A DNA stretch of 38,053 nt from a virus (taxonomy: Duplodnaviria > Caudoviricetes), in the IMG/VR virus record IMGVR_UViG_3300037424_001533, positions 1 through 38,053 of that record. One strand, 5' to 3'. Position numbers and translations under genes: made by a program. The notes under the pieces are model-generated. The model was not told the origin of the DNA. It searched no databases and saw only the letters and a list, made by a program, of their open reading frames with translations. This document shows positions 1 through 9,805 of this stretch, piece after piece. The stretch's first letter is position 1; each line of letters begins with the position of its first letter.

Positions 1-1
1 A

Positions 2-301
2 ACATTTGGCCGTCCCAGCGGCTCAGTAATACCTGTTCCTGAAGGAATGCCTGATCCAAATGACTTTATAAACATGGATTCTATGCGGTATTGGTTACAA
101 TTTGCAGACTATTTTAATGAAACGGCGATGCCAAATCTCATACATTTTGACTCTTTTGATGAATTATTCTATAAAGCAATGCATCTTGACTTGAAAACAT
201 TAAGTGAAACTATGCTAATCTTTGGCAATTTACGAATAAGTAATGCAGTAAAGGCATGGGAAACGTTACTCGAAAGGGTAAAAAATGATCACGGGTTGTA
301 A
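2..301 (+). CDS. 5'-truncated gene, first member of the glyco-modification cluster (function unknown)
   Basis: Frame is open from position 2 to the stop at 301 and overlaps the next start. No diagnostic motif. Confidence 0.55.
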   Translation, partial: TFGRPSGSVIPVPEGMPDPNDFINMDSMRYWLQFADYFNETAMPNLIHFDSFDELFYKAMHLDLKTLSETMLIFGNLRISNAVKAWETLLERVKNDHGL

Positions 302-1748
302 CTGGGAATCCTGTTCTGAATTATATACTGATGGTAATAAGGCATTGGCTTTTGCAAAGGCAATTCCTGAAACCATTTACCCAGAGAAAACGAATTTTCA
401 TTTTTGTTGGAGAGTGCCAGGAGAATTTGGAAGAAAACAAGTTCTTGCAATAAAGTCAGCTATTGTTACTCAAAATCTTGAAAATGTAAATATAATACTA
501 TGGAGTAATGTTGATTTATCAAGAAATGAATTCATTCAACCAATTTTAAGGCATATAGAATTACGTATTTATGATCCATTTAAGGAAGCCCTCGATACGC
601 CTTTGGAGAGTTTGCGGCTACTCACTAAAGATGACTCGCATCATTGGCTCGGTGGTGATTTGTTTCGTTTACTTATTCTTTACAAATATGGTGGCGTTTA
701 TTGTGATCAAGACGTTGTTCTTTTACGGGACTTTGCCCCATTACTTGACCAAGAATTTATGTACCAATGGGGAACTGAAACTATTAATTCATCACAGAAT
801 ACCAAAATAAATGGTGCTGTTATGCGGATGTTCAAACAAAGTAAACTCGCAACCGATTTAATAACCCTTCTCCCAGCGATGCCAGCTGGTTTTGATAGCA
901 CGGATTGGAGTGCTACATTATATGGAGAGGTTAGAAAAACAAATAAGAACTGGACAATTTTTCCTTGTGCTTTTTTTAATACTGAGTGGCAGTTATTTAT
1001 TAATATGGGGGAATCTGCTCATCCTTTTAAAAAAGGTATTGACAGTAACTTGGATTTTGATGGTGCTTTTTCTTGGCACTGGCATAATAAATGGGATTCT
1101 GTTATAGAGAAAGGATCAAAGTTTTGTAGGTTAGAATCAAAAGTAAATGACACTTATGCTAATGGTTTTGATTATATGACCGATAAAAATAATAGGCATC
1201 TTGGTGGAAATTACGGTGGAGGTGACTCCGGTACTTTTTATCCAGAATTGTGGAATTGGGCAATTGAACGTTATTCTGTGAAATCAATATTAGATATTGG
1301 TTGTGCTGAAGGCCATTCTACGTTGTGGTTTCAAAATAAAGGAATAAACGCAATAGGAATTGACGGACTTGTACAAAATGTTAATTGTTCCAAAGAACGT
1401 GGTTGCACAGATATTTATTTAGTAGACTTGACAAAAAACTTTTGTATACTGAAAAATAAAATAAATATGGTTTGGTGTTGTGAAGTTGTCGAACATATAG
1501 ATGAAAAATTTATTGATAATTTAATGAAAACTATATGTCAAGCTGACATTGTTATGATGACACACGCACTTCCTGGTAAAACAGGATGGCATCACGTTAA
1601 TTGCCAAGATTCAAATTATTGGATAGATAAAATGGGACTTTACGGATATGCCATTAGTTATGGTGAAACTGAATTAGCACGAAAACAAGCACCGGAAAAT
1701 TCATATTTCAATAAAACCGGGTTTATCTTTAAAAGGGGGGCAAAATGA
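285..1748 (+). CDS. GT32-like (DXD) glycosyltransferase fused to a class I SAM methyltransferase
   Basis: N-terminal DLFRLLILYKYGGVYCDQDV; C-terminal ILDIGCAEG and CCEVVEH. Confidence 0.8.
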   Translation: MITGCNWESCSELYTDGNKALAFAKAIPETIYPEKTNFHFCWRVPGEFGRKQVLAIKSAIVTQNLENVNIILWSNVDLSRNEFIQPILRHIELRIYDPFKEALDTPLESLRLLTKDDSHHWLGGDLFRLLILYKYGGVYCDQDVVLLRDFAPLLDQEFMYQWGTETINSSQNTKINGAVMRMFKQSKLATDLITLLPAMPAGFDSTDWSATLYGEVRKTNKNWTIFPCAFFNTEWQLFINMGESAHPFKKGIDSNLDFDGAFSWHWHNKWDSVIEKGSKFCRLESKVNDTYANGFDYMTDKNNRHLGGNYGGGDSGTFYPELWNWAIERYSVKSILDIGCAEGHSTLWFQNKGINAIGIDGLVQNVNCSKERGCTDIYLVDLTKNFCILKNKINMVWCCEVVEHIDEKFIDNLMKTICQADIVMMTHALPGKTGWHHVNCQDSNYWIDKMGLYGYAISYGETELARKQAPENSYFNKTGFIFKRGAK

Positions 1749-2680
1749 TTGCAAAGTGTCGGAAGGAGCATTGTCAAACTGAATTTATTAAGACATATTA
1801 CGAGAATGCTTTAAGTATACCCGTATTGCATTTTGTAAATGTAAATAGATTAACAATGTTTCTTAACGATACTAATAATATTAAGTATGGTTTACTATCA
1901 GTACAAATAAATCCTACTTTTGGAATTACTGAAATTGAGGAAGTATGGAAAATGGCCAGAACAAAATATGACTATGTTCCTACGGATATGTCAATTACTG
2001 GTGTTATATTTTTAATTGAAAGTAAACTTGCAGATGGTAAATTTTCTCACTACCATCCTGGGGAAATGTACAATCGTTGTTTTAAAGACGTTCAAAATAT
2101 ACCTATTATTGCAAATGAATCCGTAAATTTTTATAGAGATTGTTTTGAGGGGCAAATGAACCCGGAAGAACGTACCGCTTTATACTCTTGTATACGAGAT
2201 ATAAAGCCAAAAAGAATTGTGGAAGTTGGAACTTGTCGTGGTGGGGGTTCAACGTACTATATAGCCTCTGCTATCATGGATGAAAAAATTATTTGTGATT
2301 TTAATACGACTGAAAATTTTATGGAATTTTATGATTACGCAAGAAAACTTTATGGTTCGGAAGGGCCATTATACTACCTTAATAATTTTATTCATTTTCA
2401 TTTTGAAAGCAGTCTTTTTTATTTGAAAAAATTTGACAGACAGAAAACTATAGACGTATTAATGATTGATGGTGGGTATAGTTCGCATTCAATGCTTTAT
2501 GAATTTGTACTTGGAAAGCAATTCATGCCCATAGGAAGTTTTTTAATATGTCATGACTGGGATAATGGAAAAAGCAATAATCTTAAACCTGTTATAGAGA
2601 ATGATCATGATTGGAAGTTGGTTTCATTGACAGTAGCACTTGTTATTTATCAACGTGTTGGAAATTTTTATGATGTATAA
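1745..2680 (+). CDS. Class I SAM methyltransferase (Methyltransf_24-like C-terminal domain)
   Basis: IVEVGTCRGGGS, LMIDGG and ICHD motifs; ATGA overlap with the upstream gene. Confidence 0.7.
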   Translation: MIAKCRKEHCQTEFIKTYYENALSIPVLHFVNVNRLTMFLNDTNNIKYGLLSVQINPTFGITEIEEVWKMARTKYDYVPTDMSITGVIFLIESKLADGKFSHYHPGEMYNRCFKDVQNIPIIANESVNFYRDCFEGQMNPEERTALYSCIRDIKPKRIVEVGTCRGGGSTYYIASAIMDEKIICDFNTTENFMEFYDYARKLYGSEGPLYYLNNFIHFHFESSLFYLKKFDRQKTIDVLMIDGGYSSHSMLYEFVLGKQFMPIGSFLICHDWDNGKSNNLKPVIENDHDWKLVSLTVALVIYQRVGNFYDV

Positions 2681-3491
2681 ATTTGATTTCTTGACAGAAG
2701 TGATTCACGGAGACAAGTACCGTCAAGCTGCTGATATAATAATTGACGGTACACCTACGTTTGAACAGGCAGAATACTTGTTAAATAATTCGTGCGTTAT
2801 CTTTTGTAAAACTGATTACGTTTTTCAGTTATTTGAAATAATGTTGGAAAGTAATAAAAAATACATATTGATTACCCATAATTCCGATTATTGTATTAAT
2901 ACGAAATACGCGGAAGTGGCTCCAGAAAATATTCAACGCTGGTATGCGCTTAATATTGATTTCATGCAATCTAATTTAATCCCTATTCCCAGCGGAATGG
3001 AACGGCCATTAGGTTGTGGGTATTCCAGTGATGCTAATGTTCTTTTTGAACAAATGAAACGACCAAAAGCGGTTAAGAATTTAGTATACATGAATCACAA
3101 TTCAAATAATAATCATGGTGAACGAGATTGTGTTGATAGTCATTTTCAAGACAAGCCTTGGGTAACTGTTCAAAAACACGGAACCTCTTTTAGAGACTTT
3201 ATTGAAAATTGTTATTTACATCAGTTTGTTGTTTCTCCCCCAGGTAACGGAATAGATTGTCATAGAACATGGGAAGCCTTGTACATGGGCTCAATACCTA
3301 TTGTTAAGCGTTCTATTCTTACTCAGGCTTTTAGTGATTTGCCAATATTAATAGTTGAAGATTGGGGTGTTATCACGGAAGAACTGCTCAAAATAGTACT
3401 GGATGAATTTGAAAACAGAAGCTTTAATTATGAGAAGCTTACTTTATCCTATTGGTTAAATAGGATTAAAGAAGACAGGGTATTATTATGA
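2670..3491 (+). CDS. Exostosin/GT47-like glycosyltransferase
   Basis: FVVSPPGNGIDCHRTWEALYMGSIPIV. Start moved to the ATG overlapping the end of the previous gene. Confidence 0.75.
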   Translation: MMYKFDFLTEVIHGDKYRQAADIIIDGTPTFEQAEYLLNNSCVIFCKTDYVFQLFEIMLESNKKYILITHNSDYCINTKYAEVAPENIQRWYALNIDFMQSNLIPIPSGMERPLGCGYSSDANVLFEQMKRPKAVKNLVYMNHNSNNNHGERDCVDSHFQDKPWVTVQKHGTSFRDFIENCYLHQFVVSPPGNGIDCHRTWEALYMGSIPIVKRSILTQAFSDLPILIVEDWGVITEELLKIVLDEFENRSFNYEKLTLSYWLNRIKEDRVLL

Positions 3492-4066
3492 TTTTATTTG
3501 ATGAAAAAGTGATACATCAATTATCTAAAGTACAAGAGGATGGTTATGGCGCATTATTTTATAATTCTGAAAAATGTATTAAAGAACAAACTAATTTTAT
3601 TAAAGAAATAGTAGAAACAGTACGTCCGAAAAGAGTGATTGAAATAGGAACTAATAAAGCATATTTTGATTATTTTATTTTAACAATTGATAATAATATT
3701 CTTATTGATACTTTTGAAGTATGGCCTATTTTTCAATATGGGGTAGATTTAGTAAATTCAATTTTTGGAAACAAGGTTACTTTATACCTTGGAGATTCAG
3801 TAAAAACCTTTACTAAATTTAATCCAGAATATATGGTAGATTTAGCTTTTATTGACGGGGATCACGAAGCAAAAAGTTTAATTGATATGATGAACTGTGA
3901 ACGATTAAAGATAAATCATATCATTATAGATGATTGTAATATAGGAACTACTGTTAGAACAAATGCAAATATCATGTGTGATGAATTTAATTGGAAATTT
4001 ATTAAAAGAACAGCAGATTTTGATGATAGGGGAATGTCTTATTTTACAAGAGGAAATGACAAATGA
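3488..4066 (+). CDS. Class I SAM methyltransferase (Methyltransf_24-like)
   Basis: VIEIGTNKAY, GDS, AFIDGDH and IIDD motifs. Confidence 0.75.
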   Translation: MILFDEKVIHQLSKVQEDGYGALFYNSEKCIKEQTNFIKEIVETVRPKRVIEIGTNKAYFDYFILTIDNNILIDTFEVWPIFQYGVDLVNSIFGNKVTLYLGDSVKTFTKFNPEYMVDLAFIDGDHEAKSLIDMMNCERLKINHIIIDDCNIGTTVRTNANIMCDEFNWKFIKRTADFDDRGMSYFTRGNDK

Positions 4067-5244
4067 ATAGGCTTGCTTTAAATATGATAGTTGGACCTGG
4101 AGACGCTGGGGTACTATTACGATTATTTTCTTCTATTGACATGAGAAAACTGTTTGATGAAATTGTTCTCATACGAACTACAAATGATCAAGATGTCATT
4201 GATATTATCAATTGTTATGCCGACAAAACAAATTACTTTGAATGGTCTACTCCAGAGTTTCCAAATGGAAATTTTGGCGAAGCAAGAGATATGGCAAGGA
4301 AACTTACTAACTCAGAATGGATTATGTGGCTCGATTCTGATGATATGTTGTCAAGTGAAAGCGATCTTGAAACAGTTTTCAATAAAATTAAAAAGGTTTT
4401 ATCAGAACATACTGATCGTGATTATTTTGTATGTCCTTATATCCTGACAATAAATCCTGACGGTTCCCCAGAGAACGTATTATCAAGGGAACGTATTTTT
4501 AAAAGAGAGTCTACAATTAAATGGATGAAACCGGTTCATGAACAATTGACTATCAATACTGAAATCCATAAGCGAGCCGATTTGACTGGACTCGAAATTG
4601 TACATTGTCCCATGAAAGATGGAAAAGTGAGTGCATTACGAAATCTAAAAATACTTACTAATGAATATTTAAGTAAAATCCATGGTGACAGACACATGGC
4701 TTTTTATTATGCAAGAGATTCTATTCAGGCAGATATGTGGCGGCAGGCTGTTCCGGTTCTTGTTGATTTTATCAATACCTTTGAAGATGATCTTAGAAAT
4801 GTTTATGAAGCATCATTGCAATTAGCAAGATTTTTTTTATACAAACAAGGAGATGAAGAGTCAAAGAAAATTGTTCTTTGTCAAACTACATCACCTATCG
4901 CTGAAAAATATGCCAGAATGTGTATTGCAATGACTGATGTGAATGCCGAACCATTCTCTGTTCTTGGGGATATTTATATCTCACAAAAAAGAAATGTTGA
5001 TGCAATTAAAATGTTCAAGACGGCAATGTCAAAAAAATTTGGAACAGGCAGTTTACAAGACAAACAATATTACGAAAAACTTCCGGCAAAAAGACTCGCT
5101 GAACTTTATATACAAGAAAATGAATTAGAACAAGCTCTGTGGTATAATAAAGTAGCATTGAAACATGATGAAAAAAATGTATGTCTTATTGATCAACGTA
5201 AAAAAATAGTGGAGAAATTGTATGGGAATTTCTGTCAAGGATGA
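4063..5244 (+). CDS. GT2-family glycosyltransferase with TPR-like C-terminus
   Basis: LNMIV, NFGEARD, WIMWLDSDD, RERIF..W..PVHEQL, followed by helical repeats. Confidence 0.8.
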   Translation: MNRLALNMIVGPGDAGVLLRLFSSIDMRKLFDEIVLIRTTNDQDVIDIINCYADKTNYFEWSTPEFPNGNFGEARDMARKLTNSEWIMWLDSDDMLSSESDLETVFNKIKKVLSEHTDRDYFVCPYILTINPDGSPENVLSRERIFKRESTIKWMKPVHEQLTINTEIHKRADLTGLEIVHCPMKDGKVSALRNLKILTNEYLSKIHGDRHMAFYYARDSIQADMWRQAVPVLVDFINTFEDDLRNVYEASLQLARFFLYKQGDEESKKIVLCQTTSPIAEKYARMCIAMTDVNAEPFSVLGDIYISQKRNVDAIKMFKTAMSKKFGTGSLQDKQYYEKLPAKRLAELYIQENELEQALWYNKVALKHDEKNVCLIDQRKKIVEKLYGNFCQG

Positions 5245-5719
5245 TATTCTTGATGCATTGGAATGGGGATTAAAACAAATTACCGAGGCATCAGGATACC
5301 AAAGTACGACTAAAAATGTATATGATCCGCCTATTGACGTAGGTGCCATGCAGGAATTTCCTTGCTTTAACGTATTTGAAGGTCCAGATGACTGTTCAAA
5401 TGTCAATTCAAATGTTCATGAACAGACTGGTGGAAACCAGTGCAAGCTTTTTAATAGTTTTATAGTCGAAATGGATGGGTATATCAATGATAAAAATACG
5501 CCAAGGAAAACGCGAAACAAACTTCTTGCTGACGTGCAAAAATACTTTGGTTTACATTGGAATATCCCGTCATCCAGCGGAACGGCAACGGCTTTTGCAT
5601 GTATGTATGCGGGAAGTACGCCATTTGGAGAAGATGTCAATGTGCCGCAATCTGGAGTAACAATTCGATTAAAGATATGGTATGATCAAAAATTGACTGA
5701 TCCGACTTTAAGAGGGTGA
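5222..5719 (+). CDS. Putative tail completion/terminator protein
   Basis: Size (165 aa) and position immediately before the tail tube gene. Confidence 0.55.
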   Translation: MGISVKDDILDALEWGLKQITEASGYQSTTKNVYDPPIDVGAMQEFPCFNVFEGPDDCSNVNSNVHEQTGGNQCKLFNSFIVEMDGYINDKNTPRKTRNKLLADVQKYFGLHWNIPSSSGTATAFACMYAGSTPFGEDVNVPQSGVTIRLKIWYDQKLTDPTLRG

Positions 5720-5743
5720 CAATAATATAAAAGGAGATGCTCT

Positions 5744-6718
5744 ATGAGCGGTTTTCTTACTATCAAAAGAACCATGGGGTGCAAAATTGAGAGCACTCCA
5801 TATACTGCCGAAACACTGGCGGTAACTGATTATGTCCAGTCCGCATACAACATCAATTATGATCCTGATGTTGCGATGTATATGCGGAAACTTGCACGCG
5901 GTGATGCGTCACGAGATGCGGCAATTGCAGGAAAACGAAAAATTAAAATTTCGTTTTCGATTGATGTTGCCGTGGGTTCCGCTGCTGCAACTCCGCCACA
6001 GTCATTCATTCCATTGCGTGCTTGCGGAATGAAACAGACTACCCACGGGTCCACCGGAGTTAGTCTTGTAACGCATTCTGGATACTTCAATGTTCCCATG
6101 ACCATTGAAGTCGTGGAAATGGATGAGGGAACTTCACCAGTCCAGCTTGTATTGAAAGCCCGTGGATGTATGGGCAACGCAAAACTGATTACTAATGGGG
6201 TTGGTTTACCAAAGAGAATTGATTTTGATTTTGACGGTGTTCTCGTTGGTATAACTGATCGCGCTTTTGCGAGTCAAATCGTTCCGACTGGTTTTGACGC
6301 AGCACTTCCTCAGGCTGTTCTCGCTTGTACGACTTCGTTATTTGCAGAGACGCAGTATTTTGACAAGATCACAATTGATCTTGGAAACAAAGTAGAACTA
6401 TGGGGAGATTCCACAAAGGCGGAAGGAATTGAAGGCGCACGTATCGTCGATCGTGAACCTACTATTGAAATTGATCCAGCAATGTCTCTTATTGCAACTA
6501 ATAGTCAGTTTGCAAGACAGACGGGAAATACTCTTGGTGCTTATTCGGAAACAATCGGCGGTGGTACAATCCCGATAACTATCTCAGCACCAAAGGCCCA
6601 GATTATTCAGGCGTATAAACCAGGGGAACGTGAAGGACGGGTGACGAATCAAGTCAAATGTATTCTTACACGTAATCTTGGTAATGATGAATTGAAAATT
6701 TTGCAAGGAGCAGAATAA
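5744..6718 (+). CDS. Major tail tube protein
   Basis: 324 aa, beta-rich, strong RBS AAGGAG, precedes the chaperone pair and tape measure. Confidence 0.75.
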   Translation: MSGFLTIKRTMGCKIESTPYTAETLAVTDYVQSAYNINYDPDVAMYMRKLARGDASRDAAIAGKRKIKISFSIDVAVGSAAATPPQSFIPLRACGMKQTTHGSTGVSLVTHSGYFNVPMTIEVVEMDEGTSPVQLVLKARGCMGNAKLITNGVGLPKRIDFDFDGVLVGITDRAFASQIVPTGFDAALPQAVLACTTSLFAETQYFDKITIDLGNKVELWGDSTKAEGIEGARIVDREPTIEIDPAMSLIATNSQFARQTGNTLGAYSETIGGGTIPITISAPKAQIIQAYKPGEREGRVTNQVKCILTRNLGNDELKILQGAE

Positions 6719-6724
6719 TGAATG

Positions 6725-6787
6725 ACAGGGGGACGAGCTTTTGCTTGAAGGGATACAGCCCTCGCCCTTCCCCCCTGTTCTCTTTTT
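6725..6787 (+). terminator. Hairpin/possible terminator after the tail tube gene
   Basis: ACAGGGGG...CCCCCTGT stem followed by TCTCTTTTT; the loop is long. Confidence 0.4.
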
Positions 6788-6824
6788 ATAATGAGGGCTT
6801 TTCACTTTTTACAATGGAGGGCTT

Positions 6825-7295
6825 ATGGAAGTCAAGAATGTTATTTTAGATGACAAAACAAAAGCAAGACTAAAAGGGTTTCTTGCATTTCAAACCGAAG
6901 CCAATTTTACTTATGTTCCTAAGGCATTTCGTGATAAAAATGCTAAGATTGACAGAAATCTTTGGCCTGTTTTTACATTGCGTTCTAAAAATGGCATTGA
7001 TGTTGCAGAAGCAGAGGATAAGGCTGGATTTTTTGAATATGATGAACATGATAAAAATAAATCAAGATTGATTATGAATAGTGGATCAGCACGTATTCAT
7101 ACCTTGAGAAAAGGTATTATCAAAGTTAAAAATTTGATAACTGAAGATGGGAAGATTTTTTCGTTTGATCTATCAAAAGAACAAAATATTGATGATTTAA
7201 TAAAAATGCTTCCAATTAAGTTGCAAGTTGAATTACAAGAGGCAATTAATGAACGTTCAATTCTTGCCCCGGATGAACTGTTGGGTTTAGAATAA
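6825..7295 (+). CDS. Tail assembly chaperone (gpG-like)
   Basis: Lies between tube and tape measure; RBS GGAGG; ends in a slippery heptamer. Confidence 0.7.
   Translation: MEVKNVILDDKTKARLKGFLAFQTEANFTYVPKAFRDKNAKIDRNLWPVFTLRSKNGIDVAEAEDKAGFFEYDEHDKNKSRLIMNSGSARIHTLRKGIIKVKNLITEDGKIFSFDLSKEQNIDDLIKMLPIKLQVELQEAINERSILAPDELLGLE
7283..7289 (+). other. -1 programmed ribosomal frameshift heptamer G GGT TTA
   Basis: X XXY YYZ in the correct phase just before the stop; the -1 frame is open from 7283 to 7642. Confidence 0.75.
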
Positions 7296-7642
7296 TAGCA
7301 GGATTTCACGCTGGAATATTTAAAGGGAAATTTGAATGTTCAAAATGCGAAGGTGAAAAAAATGTTTTTCCCAGCGTATGGGGCTGCGAGCAAAAAGCGC
7401 AAATGTCCATTCCACCCTATGAAGAAATCGAGAATGGTATTCATTTTAGATACTGGAACTGTCCTAATAATTTTATCCCAAAGTCTCTTGGAGATTTTAT
7501 GAAAATTTATCGTTATTATAAAGACTTTCCGGGTGCTCAAATGCCAAGTATTGAAAATTGTTCATATAGATTTTTTTTCGCTTATCAGTATTATGAAAAG
7601 AAATTTAATGAATTTAAACTTAAATTAGTGGAGAATAAATAA
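7289..7642 (+). CDS. Frameshifted extension of the tail chaperone (gpT-like)
   Basis: -1 frame reads RIIAGFHAGIFKGKFECSKC...WGC...MSIPP and is continuous with ORF 7403..7642. Confidence 0.7.
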   Translation, partial: RIIAGFHAGIFKGKFECSKCEGEKNVFPSVWGCEQKAQMSIPPYEEIENGIHFRYWNCPNNFIPKSLGDFMKIYRYYKDFPGAQMPSIENCSYRFFFAYQYYEKKFNEFKLKLVENK

Positions 7643-9804
7643 TGGGTAATGAAATAGACCTTCCTCCTCTATCAGTTGAAGCTCGGTTGAAAGATTATAT
7701 TTCAACCAATATCAAGATAATTGAAAGCAATATTGTTAAATTTGGGCAATCAACAGATAAAGTATTTAATGACGTAACCAATAGTACAACTACTGCGACA
7801 AATGCTATTAATAACTTTGGTAATAATCATAAACAAGTTTTTGCAAAAGCATCTCTTGACTTAGTTAAAGATAGAGAACTTCGTAAAGTCGCAATGGCAA
7901 AAACTATTGATGAAACCGAAACTGTGGGGGATAAACTTCATGTAATGATGACAAAATTTAAAAATGATAATGAAGTACTGACCCAAACAGGTGCAAAAAT
8001 GGGGAATACTATTACAGCATCATTTATGAAACTTATCCCCGCAATGGCGGGCGTTGCTTCTGCTGGATTTTTAATAAGTAAATTAAAGGAAGGATACGAA
8101 GCCGCAAGAGAAATGCAAAGAGCAAGCATTCAACTTACTGCAGGACTTGGGTATTATTCATCCGCTTTAAATGAACAATCTTCATCATTAGCAAAACTTA
8201 ATACAATGGAACGTTCTGGTATTGTTCTTGCCCAAGAAAGACTTGCAAATTACGTAAAAGATGAAGATCAAATAAAAAGACTTATCCCAGCAATAATGAA
8301 TCTTGCTGCGGCAAAAGGAATTAATCTTGCGACGGCTGCAAATATAGTAGGTGTTGCTATTGAAAGTAATTCAAAAACGCTGGGGAGGTATGGTATATCT
8401 CTCGATGGTGTTGCAGGAAGTACCGAAAAAATCGAATCTGCCATTGCAGGATTAAATAAAAGATTTAAAGGACAACAGGATGCGCTAAATGAAACAATAC
8501 CTCTTTGGGATAAAGCAAAATTAGCAGTGAGTAATTATTTTGAAGAGACTATGAAATATTTTACAGTCAGTACACAACAGGATGTTTATGAAAAATCAAA
8601 AAAATTAATTTCTGATAAAAATCCAAATCCTTTTGCAAGTCATGCGAGTAAAGAACAACTTGAAAAGGCTGCGGCATTTGTAGAAAAATTTGAGGCTGGA
8701 AATAGAGAAGCTCGTTTTTATGCTCAAATAGAACAAAGAAAAGATGAAATTAAACGGGAGGAAGAAGAAACATCAAAACTTCGAGAAAACTATTTAAAAA
8801 CTACTAATGCCGGAAAACTCATTGCTCTTCGAGAAGAAATGGCAAAAGAAATCGATTTACATGCTGGTCATGAGGATCAAATTAAATATATAAAACTTCG
8901 TTATGCACAAGAGATTAAAGACCTTTTGGAAAGAATGAATAAAAAAGAATTTGAAGTTGGCGGAACCGGGGTAGGAAAAGCATTAACTACTTCCCCCGCA
9001 GTAAAATTTCAAAAAGGAACAAATGAATTTAATGTTTCAAATTTAATGGCACAGGGACAACAATTTTTAGCTACGATGGCTCCAAAACAAACAGAAGAAC
9101 AAATAGAAATGGCTCATCGTAAGTATTTGGCTTTTGAATCTGCAATGTTGAAACCGCATGCTAATAATCTTCAACAGTTAAAAGATATGAATGAAACATA
9201 TTATAATAATGCAAATATTTCTTATGAGACGTATCTTAAAAATAAAGAAAAGCTGTCATTAACTGAAGTCGAAATTGCAGATAAAAAACGTAGAGCAATT
9301 CTTAGTATAACGGAAAGTGAAACACGTGCTTTAATGGAAGGATATGAACAGGGTACTTTTAATGCTAAAAAAGGTATGAAGGCAATGCTGAGTTTGGCGG
9401 TTGATTATATTGAAAAGTGGGCACTGGCTGCTGTTGCTTCCAATACATTACAAAATGAAACTTCTATGGGATATGTTGCCGGTACTATCGTAAGTATAGC
9501 TGAAGCAGCAGCAATTGTGGCTGGTGCAGCAGTTGCAAAAGGTGCTATCTCTTCTTTTGAAACAGGTACACGTGATGCCCCAGGTGGTTTGGCTTATGTT
9601 CATAAGGATGAAATGATTTCACTCCCGGCACATTCTCAGGTATACACTAAAAATGAAACTAAAAACATGATGGGTGATAACCTTACTTTTAATTTTAATG
9701 GTAATACGGATTCAACTACCGTTGATAAAATTGAATACTTGTTAAATAATGCGAATCGTACTGGTCGTTTGGAACGCTTTAAAAGCATGCTGAAAGGTTC
9801 CTAA
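7642..9804 (+). CDS. Tail tape measure protein
   Basis: 720 aa, helical and Ala-rich, C-terminal FETGTRDAPGGLAYVHKDE motif; synteny. Confidence 0.85.
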   Translation: MGNEIDLPPLSVEARLKDYISTNIKIIESNIVKFGQSTDKVFNDVTNSTTTATNAINNFGNNHKQVFAKASLDLVKDRELRKVAMAKTIDETETVGDKLHVMMTKFKNDNEVLTQTGAKMGNTITASFMKLIPAMAGVASAGFLISKLKEGYEAAREMQRASIQLTAGLGYYSSALNEQSSSLAKLNTMERSGIVLAQERLANYVKDEDQIKRLIPAIMNLAAAKGINLATAANIVGVAIESNSKTLGRYGISLDGVAGSTEKIESAIAGLNKRFKGQQDALNETIPLWDKAKLAVSNYFEETMKYFTVSTQQDVYEKSKKLISDKNPNPFASHASKEQLEKAAAFVEKFEAGNREARFYAQIEQRKDEIKREEEETSKLRENYLKTTNAGKLIALREEMAKEIDLHAGHEDQIKYIKLRYAQEIKDLLERMNKKEFEVGGTGVGKALTTSPAVKFQKGTNEFNVSNLMAQGQQFLATMAPKQTEEQIEMAHRKYLAFESAMLKPHANNLQQLKDMNETYYNNANISYETYLKNKEKLSLTEVEIADKKRRAILSITESETRALMEGYEQGTFNAKKGMKAMLSLAVDYIEKWALAAVASNTLQNETSMGYVAGTIVSIAEAAAIVAGAAVAKGAISSFETGTRDAPGGLAYVHKDEMISLPAHSQVYTKNETKNMMGDNLTFNFNGNTDSTTVDKIEYLLNNANRTGRLERFKSMLKGS

Positions 9805-9805
9805 A

